DNA of 64,000 nucleotides from a virus. Shown here one piece after another: positions 48,492 to 57,235 of the stretch (its first letter is position 1; each line of letters starts with the position of its first letter). Location: positions 3,920 to 67,919 of the IMG/VR virus record IMGVR_UViG_3300025115_000006; one strand, 5' to 3'. Made by a program: the position numbers and the translations under genes. Under the pieces are notes generated by a model. The model had not been told where the DNA came from. It was given only the letters and a program-made list of their open reading frames with translations, and did no database searches.

Positions 48492-48722
48492 CTACTTCTT
48501 AGAAGACTTGAGTGCAAGAATTCTTGCTCGTTTGGACTTTTCTCTTCGTTTGTCAGAATTTCTAACAAAGTATTGTTTTCTTCTGACTTCATCAAGAATG
48601 CTCTCTTCATTGACAGCCTTCTTAAATCTGCGAAGCATTGAATCAACAGACTCAGTTAACTTACCTGATGCTCTGGCATCTGATTCAAACTTGTTTACTA
48701 CAACTTTCGCCACACTTTTCAC
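48492..48722 (-). CDS. rpsU: 30S ribosomal protein bS21
   Basis: ESVDSMLRRFKK......ILDEVRRKQYFVRNSDKRREK..RAR matches the S21 signature. Confidence 0.85.
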   Translation of the reverse strand: MKSVAKVVVNKFESDARASGKLTESVDSMLRRFKKAVNEESILDEVRRKQYFVRNSDKRREKSKRARILALKSSKK

Positions 48723-48764
48723 TCCTTCTTTTATTTTATTTTTATTCTATAGTTCTATCTACAA

Positions 48765-48849
48765 TGGTGGCCCTGGTCGGATTTGAACCAACACGGATTT
48801 CTCCAACGGATTTTAAGTCCGGTGCGTCTGCCAGTTTCGCCACAGGGCC
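48765..48849 (-). tRNA. tRNA-Leu(TAA)
   Basis: loop CT-TAA-AA, variable arm, ACCA. Confidence 0.92.
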
Positions 48850-48857
48850 ATTATTAA

Positions 48858-49097
48858 TTAATCTTCAAAGTCTTTTAATCTTCTCAACTCACTGATTCTC
48901 GGTCCAGCAACTTTTCTTTTAAAAGCACCATTACACATAGGACAACTACAATGCACTTTTCCTTTTATTAATTTTCCTAAGAATCTTGAATTGATTAAAA
49001 TATCTTCTGAACTTCTCCAAGTATGTTTAACAATCTGAATCTTTCTATTCTTCTTGACCTGGTCTTTAAATTTGTGATATGCTCTGTTGTGTATCAT
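48858..49097 (-). CDS. small basic protein with CSCPMC motif
   Basis: 79 aa, GAGGTG RBS, GKVHCSCPMC. Confidence 0.65.
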   Translation of the reverse strand: MIHNRAYHKFKDQVKKNRKIQIVKHTWRSSEDILINSRFLGKLIKGKVHCSCPMCNGAFKRKVAGPRISELRRLKDFED

Positions 49098-49132
49098 ACT
49101 ATCACCTCATTGAAGTTATTTCATAGACCATC

Positions 49133-49269
49133 AGTAGTATTTAATAATAAATAACTTATTCACCTCTAGCACCTAGTGTAGTCTGCAGTTTCAAGGTCTC
49201 TGAGGGTTTCTGCGGTAGATACTTGCAAGATATCTATTGTCCACCATTCTCTTATTATTAAATACTACT
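49133..49269 (-). ncRNA. putative structured RNA closed by a perfect 18-bp stem
   Basis: AGTAGTATTTAATAATAA (49133-49150) / TTATTATTAAATACTACT (49252-49269), internal hairpins; starts 3 nt after tRNA-Thr CCA. Confidence 0.45.
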
Positions 49270-49271
49270 CA

Positions 49272-49347
49272 TGGTGCCGACTGCAGGATTTGAACCCGCA
49301 ACCTACTGATTACAGGTCAGTTGCACTACCAATTGTGCTAAGTCGGC
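49272..49347 (-). tRNA. tRNA-Thr(TGT), C33 variant
   Basis: GCCGACT acceptor, ACTGA-CCTGTAA-TCAGT. Confidence 0.9.
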
Positions 49348-49350
49348 ATA

Positions 49351-49440
49351 TGGCGGAGGCTGTGAGATTCGAACTCACGGACCCATTACTGGGCCGCTGG
49401 TTTTCAAGACCAGTTCCTTAAACCGCTCGGACAAACCTCC
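49351..49440 (-). tRNA. tRNA-Ser(TGA)
   Basis: CTGGT-CTTGAAA-ACCAG, long variable arm, GCCA. Confidence 0.93.
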
Positions 49441-49443
49441 ATA

Positions 49444-49522
49444 TGGTTGGGAGAACGTGATTCGAACACGCATGATGTCTTGCTTCCAATGCAAGAGGCT
49501 TAGCCAGTTAGCCCATCTCCCA
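49444..49522 (-). tRNA. tRNA-Pro(TGG)
   Basis: CTTGC-ATTGGAA-GCAAG, ACCA. Confidence 0.88.
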
Positions 49523-49525
49523 AGA

Positions 49526-49598
49526 TGGTTGCAGAGGTGGGAGTTGAACCCACGAGGTCTGGCTTATGAGGCCTGATTGAATACCAATTCTCTCTGCG
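49526..49598 (-). tRNA. tRNA-fMet-like (CAT)
   Basis: C1:A72 mismatch (CGCAGAG/CTCTGCA), CTCATAA loop, short D-arm. Confidence 0.8.
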
Positions 49599-49831
49599 AT
49601 ATTAGACTGACTAACTATGATTTAAGATAGACAGTCTATGTTAAGTCTTCCACTAAGGCAGGAACTCTCCCTTTCAACCCAACCATTTATGAATCGCATA
49701 TTGGTCAGCGATTGTTGAACATAATTCTTAAGCATTTTGTTCAACTAAATTGTGAAAAGGCTAAGCACATTCCAGGCACAGAACCTAATCAATATCTCTT
49801 TCTACACAATGGCAGATGAGTTAAATTTTTA

Positions 49832-49885
49832 GAGGAACTCTCAGAGTTGAACTGAGAAGTGATAGTTTGCATCGTGCAGTTCCTC
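49832..49885 (-). ncRNA. tRNA-like RNA lacking an anticodon arm
   Basis: 7-bp GAGGAAC/GTTCCTC stem, TGCA-CGA-TGCA hairpin, T-arm CTCAG-TTCAACT-CTGAG, 54 nt. Confidence 0.55.
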
Positions 49886-49889
49886 ATAT

Positions 49890-49963
49890 TGGTGGACCTG
49901 AAGGGAATCGAACCCTCAACCCATGATTGCAGGTCATGAATTTTCCCATTAAACTACAAGCCC
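49890..49963 (-). tRNA. tRNA-Ala(TGC), C33 variant
   Basis: G3.U70, CATGA-CCTGCAA-TCATG, ACCA. Confidence 0.9.
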
Positions 49964-50055
49964 AATTGCTGAGAGAAAAAGGTCCCTCATCATATAATAT
50001 ACAATTTTTTATTTCTTTAGAAACTTTTTAATCTGAGATTTTGATTCAATCTTTA

Positions 50056-50604
50056 CTAGCATGTCTTTTCTTCGTATGTCTCAGTGCTTATGGTAAATCC
50101 TTCTACAATGTTCTTATTTAAATACTCATCATCTAGCAACAACTCTTTTTGTTGCTTTAATGTGTCAATTTGTTTTTGAAGTTTGCTGACTTCCTCATCA
50201 ATCTCTTTGTATATCTGAGGTAGCCAAGAACTACTATCATCTCTCATATACTCAATGACAGATTTTTTATCTTGAAGATGGCCTGTGAATCTTGTATTAC
50301 TGCTTCTTTGAGTTCTAATGAGATTGCGTTCATGCAATGTATATATTCTAATTGCTGTTTTTTTAAACTCTTCAAATGCAGACTCAGTTAATAGCATGCC
50401 CATATCATAGTTATACAGACTGTAGTATTTAACATCATCAATTACAACAGAACGAAACTGTTTAACATCATCAAACATGAATGTGTAATTTTCACTATTA
50501 CTAATTGTTTCTAAATACTTATTAAAGTCATCGTAGATGTTATATTCTTTAGTGACTCTCTCATGAATTAATTTTGAAATCTTTTTAACTTCTTGTCCTG
50601 GCAT
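50056..50604 (-). CDS. hypothetical protein
   Basis: 182 aa, GAGGA RBS. Confidence 0.65.
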   Translation of the reverse strand: MPGQEVKKISKLIHERVTKEYNIYDDFNKYLETISNSENYTFMFDDVKQFRSVVIDDVKYYSLYNYDMGMLLTESAFEEFKKTAIRIYTLHERNLIRTQRSSNTRFTGHLQDKKSVIEYMRDDSSSWLPQIYKEIDEEVSKLQKQIDTLKQQKELLLDDEYLNKNIVEGFTISTETYEEKTC

Positions 50605-50616
50605 TGTTTTTTCCTC

Positions 50617-51810
50617 TCAATCTTCACTTGCTTTAAAGTTGTATACAGGCTTGATAAGTTTTTCAATTACAACAGTGTCATCAATGTAATCAATGATGTC
50701 TTCAATGTTTTTATATGCCCTTGGGCTCTCATCAATTGTTGACTGATTGGCAGTTGTAGTGTAAATGCCTTTCATATCTTCTGTGAAGTCTTTGACAGTT
50801 AGAGTTGACTTTGCCTGACTTCTAGACATCAATCTACCGGCACCATGAGGAGCAGAGTAGTTCCAATCAGCATTGCCTTTACCTCTGCCTAAGATGCAAC
50901 CATCTTGCATGTTGATAGGAATAATGACTCTTTGATTCTCATGAGCAGAGATTGCACCTTTACGAACAATGTTACTGTCATCAATATAGTTGTGAACAGA
51001 TTCAAACTCATCAACAACTTTCCAGTCCATCGCATCAATAATATTACTAGCAATGTATTTTCTATTAAGAGATGCGAACTCTTGACACAATCTCATGTCA
51101 TGTAGGTAGTTATCTCTATCTTGATTTTCTAGATAAGAAAGGTCCTTAGGAACTTTGATAGATGGAGTCAACGCTCTTAATGCATCAGGAATATCTCTCT
51201 GTTTTCCTTGTGCTTTTAATTTAGCAACAACTTCTTGTCTATCTTCCACACGCACTGAAGAAATATTTTTTATTGCAATGTCTTGATAGATTTCTGCAAC
51301 TTGTTTACCTAAGTTTCTTGAGCCTGTATGAATAATTAAATACTTTTCACCGTCATCGTCTTGGTCAATCTCAATAAAGTGATTTCCGCCTCCAAGAGAT
51401 GCAATACCAAATATCAATCTGTTGTAGTTATTTAACTTCTTAAAGCATCTCATTTGATTGACAATTCTCTCAGCATCTTCTTTTGCGTGCCAGTTTAGTC
51501 TTTCATTGATGTTGTGTCCACTAGGAATATATAACTTAATAAACTTGTCAAGTTTTTCATAATCAATATCAATGTTGCCTAGATGAACTACACAAACACC
51601 ACAGCCAATATCAACTCCAACAACATTTGGAATAACCTTTTGACCAAGGTCTGCTGTAAAACCAATCACACAACCGGCACCTGCATGAACATCAGGCATA
51701 ATTCTAACCTTAGCATCAGAAAACGCTTCCTGTTCTAGAAGAGTGTAGACTTGATTAACTGCCTTTTGGTCAAGTGTGGCTTGATTAGCGAATATTTTTA
51801 AATCTCTCAT
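50617..51810 (-). CDS. rtcB: RtcB family RNA ligase
   Basis: MPDVHAG.G, VGVDIGCG, LGGGNHFIE, HTGSR, HNY, RKGA, SAPHGAGR, DESP.AYK. Confidence 0.95.
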   Translation of the reverse strand: MRDLKIFANQATLDQKAVNQVYTLLEQEAFSDAKVRIMPDVHAGAGCVIGFTADLGQKVIPNVVGVDIGCGVCVVHLGNIDIDYEKLDKFIKLYIPSGHNINERLNWHAKEDAERIVNQMRCFKKLNNYNRLIFGIASLGGGNHFIEIDQDDDGEKYLIIHTGSRNLGKQVAEIYQDIAIKNISSVRVEDRQEVVAKLKAQGKQRDIPDALRALTPSIKVPKDLSYLENQDRDNYLHDMRLCQEFASLNRKYIASNIIDAMDWKVVDEFESVHNYIDDSNIVRKGAISAHENQRVIIPINMQDGCILGRGKGNADWNYSAPHGAGRLMSRSQAKSTLTVKDFTEDMKGIYTTTANQSTIDESPRAYKNIEDIIDYIDDTVVIEKLIKPVYNFKASED

Positions 51811-51837
51811 TGTATTGCCTCCTTATTGTTGACAGAA

Positions 51838-52215
51838 CTATTTAGAGATATTATTAAACTCTAATTTAATTTCATCTTCAATATATTCAAGTCTTTGTAA
51901 AATAGAATCTACTTCAAACATTTGTTTAACAAGGTCATTAAAATAGATTTCAACTTTTCGTTTAAAGCGATTAAGAGCCTTTCTTTGAAGAACATTAAAC
52001 ACAAGTTTCTTTCCTGTCTCTTCATTGAAGACATCATCATCACGAAGTCTAACAGTTGCATCAACATCTCCCATGTGAAACCAACCAAGTTCTGGCTGAA
52101 ACAGATTCACATCAGCATGTCCCTTAGTAACTTCTTTGCCATCAGTTTCATACTTAACATTACAGATTCTAACCTTAAAACCATGTGCATTAACAAACAT
52201 ATTCTTCTTAGACAT
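51838..52215 (-). CDS. hypothetical protein
   Basis: 125 aa, GGGAG RBS, DVFNEETGKKL motif. Confidence 0.6.
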   Translation of the reverse strand: MSKKNMFVNAHGFKVRICNVKYETDGKEVTKGHADVNLFQPELGWFHMGDVDATVRLRDDDVFNEETGKKLVFNVLQRKALNRFKRKVEIYFNDLVKQMFEVDSILQRLEYIEDEIKLEFNNISK

Positions 52216-52252
52216 ATTCTTCTCCCTTACTGTATCAGTAATTTTTTTATCA

Positions 52253-52329
52253 TGGCATCCCGAGTAGGACTCGAACCTACAACCGACGGCTTAGAAGGCC
52301 GTTGCACCATCCAATTGTGCTATCGGGAT
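52253..52329 (-). tRNA. tRNA-Arg(TCT)
   Basis: ACGGC-CTTCTAA-GCCGT, GCCA. Confidence 0.93.
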
Positions 52330-52386
52330 ATTTAAAGAGCATGTGCTAGACATGCTCGGTTGTTTTATATCACCAAGTTGTCTACA

Positions 52387-53007
52387 CTATAGAGTATACA
52401 ACTTTTCTTTTAATTTGTCAACATGTTTTGAGGAAATTTCTAAAACTTTTTCTTCTGTTAGATTGTTGGTGTTAATAACAACATATGGAATTTCATAGAT
52501 GTCACACTGAGCAACTAACTTTTTAACATAGTTTTTAATTAGTGCCTCAAAATATTCTTTATTGTTTTCAAAATTATCAATCTCTTGCTGACGACCACGC
52601 TTCATGATTCTATCTTCAAAAGACTTCCAATCAACATCAAGAATAATATACAAATCTGGATGAGATACATCATTCATGTATTGATGAAATAAACCATTAT
52701 ACATATTTAATACCTTGGGTTTACTTGATAGATTAATCTGAGCAAACAGCCAGTGTTCAATAATATGTCTATCAACAATTACATTGTCATTGAATTCCAT
52801 TTGAGCCAGCCAATGTTTGTGAAGAAAGTAAATTTGAAGTAACATCTCAACATTTTCTTTTCCTTCATAGAGCCATTGTAGTAATGTATTAAATACATCA
52901 TCATCTTGCTCAAATTCATTCATCAGTGGAATGTTATACTTCTCTGCTAACTGTTTAACTAAAGTGCTTTTACCTGAGGCAATCATGCCACCAACTGCTA
53001 TTTTCAT
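52387..53007 (-). CDS. deoxynucleoside kinase
   Basis: GMIASGKST, LQIYFL, IVDRH, PDLYIILD, RIMKRGRQQE. Confidence 0.9.
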   Translation of the reverse strand: MKIAVGGMIASGKSTLVKQLAEKYNIPLMNEFEQDDDVFNTLLQWLYEGKENVEMLLQIYFLHKHWLAQMEFNDNVIVDRHIIEHWLFAQINLSSKPKVLNMYNGLFHQYMNDVSHPDLYIILDVDWKSFEDRIMKRGRQQEIDNFENNKEYFEALIKNYVKKLVAQCDIYEIPYVVINTNNLTEEKVLEISSKHVDKLKEKLYTL

Positions 53008-53031
53008 TTGTGTATTACCGTTTATCCTTAT

Positions 53032-53514
53032 TTATTTTTTGACTCTTTTATAGGTATAGGGAAAATCTTTATTTTCAATTCTATTAATCCAGATTGTTCC
53101 CCATTTAGATGCTGTATACTCAAACCACACATAATCATAATCTTGTTTTAGTCCTCTTTTAGAGAGTCTAGAATACCAATATCTTGCTCCACTTGGAATT
53201 CCAACCAAGAATAATTGAAGAGGTCCAAAAATTAATTGTTGAACGCTGTGCCCAAATTCATGTCTTCTAACATGTTCAAAGAACTTTGGACTTGTGATGC
53301 TATAATTTCCACACAGGGATACCGCACCAAGGGATACACCACCCCAGTTTTGTCCTATTTCTACGATGAAGGAATATCCATTTCTATGAATCTTTCCTCC
53401 TAATAGAATACAAATTCCTGAGATTATTAGTCCAGGAATTGTAATCAATGCTCCCCAAGTTAATTGCCATAGCCAGAACAATATGCCTTGAAGTATAATT
53501 TTTTTGTTTGTCAT
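53032..53514 (-). CDS. membrane protein with HExxH motif
   Basis: TM segments, GVSLG, RHEFGHSVQ, WFE..A. Confidence 0.6.
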   Translation of the reverse strand: MTNKKIILQGILFWLWQLTWGALITIPGLIISGICILLGGKIHRNGYSFIVEIGQNWGGVSLGAVSLCGNYSITSPKFFEHVRRHEFGHSVQQLIFGPLQLFLVGIPSGARYWYSRLSKRGLKQDYDYVWFEYTASKWGTIWINRIENKDFPYTYKRVKK

Positions 53515-53542
53515 GTTAAATTACTCCTCTCAGTTTATGAGA

Positions 53543-55003
53543 CTACTGAATACGAACTGAGTCATACATTGGGTCATTAAGTGTCTCAAGCATCAATTCA
53601 TAGGCTGAAAATTCAACGCCTTTGATGAGAGATTTAAATGCAGATGCAGATTGACCTGAAATAAACTGAACACCTTTTTGACTTACTTGTGCATGAAAAG
53701 TATCTTGACGAGCATCAACATTCCAGAACACTACAGTTGGAAGTTCATAACCAGCATTTGCATACTTAGTTGTGAGATGGTCAAAATAAGTTGTTCTTGA
53801 ACTTCCATTTGCTGAATCAAACTCCATGTCAGAGATGATAATCAATGACTTAGGCAAATCTGATTGTGCAAGTTTATTGTCAACTGCAACCTTCAAAATT
53901 AAATTGAAGGCAGCCTCAATGTTTGTGCTTTGATTCCAATTGGCACACATTGTCTCAGAAACATTGTCTCTTAAAGTTTTACCTTTAAGTGTAACAAACT
54001 CAGGATTGGTTGAGAATGTCATGAACTTGTTTTGATAAGGACCATGATTTCTCTGAGCAAAGTAGATAGCAAGACCAACAGATGTTGCCATAGGTCTTCC
54101 AGTCATTGAGCCGGAGACATCTGCCATAACCATGAAGTTGTTTTCACCTTCAACATAGTTAGGAAGAGCCTTCCATTGTGCTTCAATGGTTCTGTCATCA
54201 TTGACACCATTCATGTATTTTTCAACAAGGTCATAAGGATAAAGAGTTGTTGCTTTGATTGCAACTTCTCCACTCTCAACCTTTGTCAAGAAAGCATTGA
54301 ATCTTTCTTCATCATGAAGTCTAAATGCATTGTGATAGTTGCTCATTGCCTTAGAAGGAACAGTAACATAGTTAATTGTTTCCCAAGCATTCTTTGACAT
54401 GAAGACTTCAGTAACACCAAGTGCTTTTCTAATAGCAGTTAATGATTTACGATATTGTCTTTCACCAATTTCAAAATACTTAGCAGTCAAGAGACCAAGA
54501 TTACGAGTTTCTAAAGAATGAGAGTTTGCAGACTTCAACCATTTTCCAAGAAGAGAGATAGGACGACCTTGTTCTAGTCCAAACAAATCTGCACGAAATT
54601 GAGCATTCATATAATTGAATGCAAGTGCTTCAATACTTGTTTCAACAAACGCATAGAAATCATCCCAACGACCAAACTTAGCAATGTTATCAAAGTTAAT
54701 AACAACATGAGCAGAATTTCTTTCTGCAATCCATCTAAGAATTGTTTTGAAAACTTTTCTTTCACCTAGACCACCACGAATGTTACGAGCATAGAAAAGC
54801 ATCTTCAATGCAAGTAGATTGTCTTCATTGTAAGCCTTCATGAAAGTCTGCTCAACATCTTCATCTGACCTACTTCTTAATGCACCAATAGTGCCAAAAA
54901 GGTCAAGTAGAGAATCTCTAGTTGATTTTAGTGCATCAGCACCATTCTCAGTGAACTTCCAATTTGTTTCAGTTGTCATTCCATTCAAAAATTTATTTTC
55001 CAT
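53543..55003 (-). CDS. DUF2828 / TROVE(Ro60)-like protein with C-terminal vWA domain
   Basis: TENGA..ST..LLDLF, RNIRGGLGER, GRWDD, LLGKW, VPSKAM, MIDAS DVSGSM, STN, ISDMEFD, VFWNV. Confidence 0.85.
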   Translation of the reverse strand: MENKFLNGMTTETNWKFTENGADALKSTRDSLLDLFGTIGALRSRSDEDVEQTFMKAYNEDNLLALKMLFYARNIRGGLGERKVFKTILRWIAERNSAHVVINFDNIAKFGRWDDFYAFVETSIEALAFNYMNAQFRADLFGLEQGRPISLLGKWLKSANSHSLETRNLGLLTAKYFEIGERQYRKSLTAIRKALGVTEVFMSKNAWETINYVTVPSKAMSNYHNAFRLHDEERFNAFLTKVESGEVAIKATTLYPYDLVEKYMNGVNDDRTIEAQWKALPNYVEGENNFMVMADVSGSMTGRPMATSVGLAIYFAQRNHGPYQNKFMTFSTNPEFVTLKGKTLRDNVSETMCANWNQSTNIEAAFNLILKVAVDNKLAQSDLPKSLIIISDMEFDSANGSSRTTYFDHLTTKYANAGYELPTVVFWNVDARQDTFHAQVSQKGVQFISGQSASAFKSLIKGVEFSAYELMLETLNDPMYDSVRIQ

Positions 55004-55015
55004 AAAATTTCCTTT

Positions 55016-55386
55016 CTAGACCCGCATTATTATCTCTTCAAATAGATTTTTTTGTTTGCTGTATGGGTCTCTTTATGGTTTTAATTTAATTAGATTACTA
55101 GACTCTATGAAGTTAAACAAAGTGAGACATTTCTGAATCTGAATTCTCCTTAAAGAAAATTCTACATTTAATATTCGCTGTAGTTGATTGCTATAAGAGT
55201 CTACCTTTTGAATCACTTATCTTATTTTATTTTTAATCAATTTACTAGACCCACTGTTTTTTTATCTACCTATAAGATTATTTTGAGATTGCTGTAGGGG
55301 TCTAAAATTTTCTATCTTGAATGTTAAATGTCTAGACTCACTTCAAATTTTATCAGAAATTGTATGTGTGATTGCTGTTGGAGTCT
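55016..55386 (-). repeat. array of four hairpin units AGACYC-nn-AYAGCAA...GRGTCTAG
   Basis: units at 55332-55386, 55245-55303, 55098-55202 and 55016-55070; compensatory AGACCC/GGGTCT vs AGACTC/GAGTCT stems. Confidence 0.85.
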
Positions 55387-55450
55387 ATTTTAACGCTTCT
55401 GCTATATGTATACAACTAATTTTTTTCTTGGTGACATTTTTTAAATAGTT

Positions 55451-56122
55451 TTATAAAATATTTGAGATGTGATATATTTTACTGATTGCATCTGATTTTG
55501 ATTTTACAGAAAAGAAAGCACAAATAGAGAATTCAGATGAATCTTCTTTTTTATTACGACTAGAAATGTATGAACCAAAATATGCACTAATAAGTCTGTT
55601 GAGTTCATCAGTGTTCTCAATATTCACATCAAGGTAGTAGTTACACTTCTCAGAATTGACCTCACCAGTGCCACTTCTATCTTTATAAATAGTGCAGATG
55701 TTTTTAGTAAACAATGTTGCTTTAGTATCTGAATTCTTTGGAAGAGCATCAACTAACTCATGACTACTTGTTAAGTTATCATATAAATAAAGATTTTCTT
55801 TAATATGTGTCTCAATAGCAACATCCAGTGATGAATCAGTCTTTACATGTAAAACAGAGGAATCTCTAAAGATTTCATCTAGTTCATTATCAGAGTATAT
55901 GAAAACAATATTAATTCCTTTATCTTTTTCTGCTATCTCTTTTGCAAATAACATTTCATCTTTGTTTTTTGCTATGAGAATTGGAATACAGCCAATGTCA
56001 CTGTATAATTTTGCAAATCCAATATTTGTTCTAGGCTCTTGCAAATCAGACATTAGATAAATCTGATTAACAGGCCTTGATAATTTATAGACCTCAAGTT
56101 TTTTATTTGTGCATATAATCAT
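55451..56122 (-). CDS. hypothetical protein
   Basis: 223 aa, AAGGAG RBS. Confidence 0.65.
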   Translation of the reverse strand: MIICTNKKLEVYKLSRPVNQIYLMSDLQEPRTNIGFAKLYSDIGCIPILIAKNKDEMLFAKEIAEKDKGINIVFIYSDNELDEIFRDSSVLHVKTDSSLDVAIETHIKENLYLYDNLTSSHELVDALPKNSDTKATLFTKNICTIYKDRSGTGEVNSEKCNYYLDVNIENTDELNRLISAYFGSYISSRNKKEDSSEFSICAFFSVKSKSDAISKIYHISNIL

Positions 56123-56133
56123 GTTGTTTCTCC

Positions 56134-56520
56134 TTATTTTTTAGTAATATACTTATTTCCTGTAAGCATATTCACAATTGTAGTTCCTGACTCATGATTA
56201 GCATCTAGTTCATTCTTTTCCTCATCAGAGAAGTCAGATTTTTGTTCTTTATAGTTTTTGATAAAATCTGCAACCTGAGCATCACGTTTATTGCTTGTTG
56301 CTTGTCTATCAAAATCATATCCTGCATACTCAAGTTTTTCACAGAAGTCATCTGGAATATAGTTGCCACTTTTCTTCCATTTAATAGCACCATCAGTCTC
56401 AACTATAGAATCTTCATTTGCAAGTTTTACAGCCTTAATAACTTCATCTTCAGCATTTTTCTTCCAGAAGTCTCCTAGTTGTCCACTAATTTCTCTTTGA
56501 AATCTTGACATGTTTATCAC
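56134..56520 (-). CDS. hypothetical protein
   Basis: 128 aa, AAAGGA RBS. Confidence 0.65.
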   Translation of the reverse strand: MINMSRFQREISGQLGDFWKKNAEDEVIKAVKLANEDSIVETDGAIKWKKSGNYIPDDFCEKLEYAGYDFDRQATSNKRDAQVADFIKNYKEQKSDFSDEEKNELDANHESGTTIVNMLTGNKYITKK

Positions 56521-56543
56521 AATCCTTTCTGTAATTACAGAAT

Positions 56544-56864
56544 CTAGTAAATATCAAATGTGTTCATTAATTGTTTTTCATACTCTTGAATAACTTCTTC
56601 ATCTCCTGAACTTTGTAACCAATCACAGTAAGAACAAGAGCCATAGGATTGTCTTAAATAAAAGTATACCTTTCTTCCCTCAAAGACTCCTTCAAGATGA
56701 AGGTCTTCAACACCTTGATAGCCCGGGTCTTCATCATTGAAGTAAACTCTTGCGTTTTTTACTCCAATGTTTTTAGAAGCCTGCAAAAGACAGTCAGCAT
56801 ATCCTTTATATTTTCCAACTTTTTCAATGAAACTGAAATTACGATAGTTTAAATTTTTTGGCAT
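56544..56864 (-). CDS. hypothetical protein with YGSCSYCD motif
   Basis: 106 aa, AAGGAG RBS. Confidence 0.65.
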   Translation of the reverse strand: MPKNLNYRNFSFIEKVGKYKGYADCLLQASKNIGVKNARVYFNDEDPGYQGVEDLHLEGVFEGRKVYFYLRQSYGSCSYCDWLQSSGDEEVIQEYEKQLMNTFDIY

Positions 56865-56899
56865 GTTCTTATTCTCCTTACTACTTTGATTATATTATA

Positions 56900-57166
56900 T
56901 TACTCTTCATCAGAAATGTCAAGGTCAAGATAACTGATTTCACCACTTACTAACATATCAACAACTCTAGAGTGTTTACTTGGTCTTGTTCCCCACACTT
57001 CACTCCAATTTGTGATGTTTCCGTCAGAATCACTTTCAAAGATATATGTCTCATTACCAAAAGCATTGTTGATACTGCTAACAATAAAATACTTTTTGCT
57101 CATTTCATCATATACTAATGTTCGCTTTTCATTTCCATTGTTTGTTTCAGGCTTAATGATTTTCAT
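56900..57166 (-). CDS. hypothetical protein
   Basis: 88 aa, GAGGA RBS, promoter TTGTAA-17-TATAAT at 57204-57232. Confidence 0.65.
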   Translation of the reverse strand: MKIIKPETNNGNEKRTLVYDEMSKKYFIVSSINNAFGNETYIFESDSDGNITNWSEVWGTRPSKHSRVVDMLVSGEISYLDLDISDEE

Positions 57167-57235
57167 ATTAGTGTCCTCTTTTCTATTTTTACTTCTTACT
57201 TATATTATATCACTTTATCTTTAAAATTACAACAA

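Noticed and set aside
55016-55386. CRISPR array interpretation of the four-unit repeat
   Set aside because: The conserved parts are two halves of a stem enclosing the variable sequence, unit lengths vary 55-105 nt, and there is no constant direct repeat or cas operon
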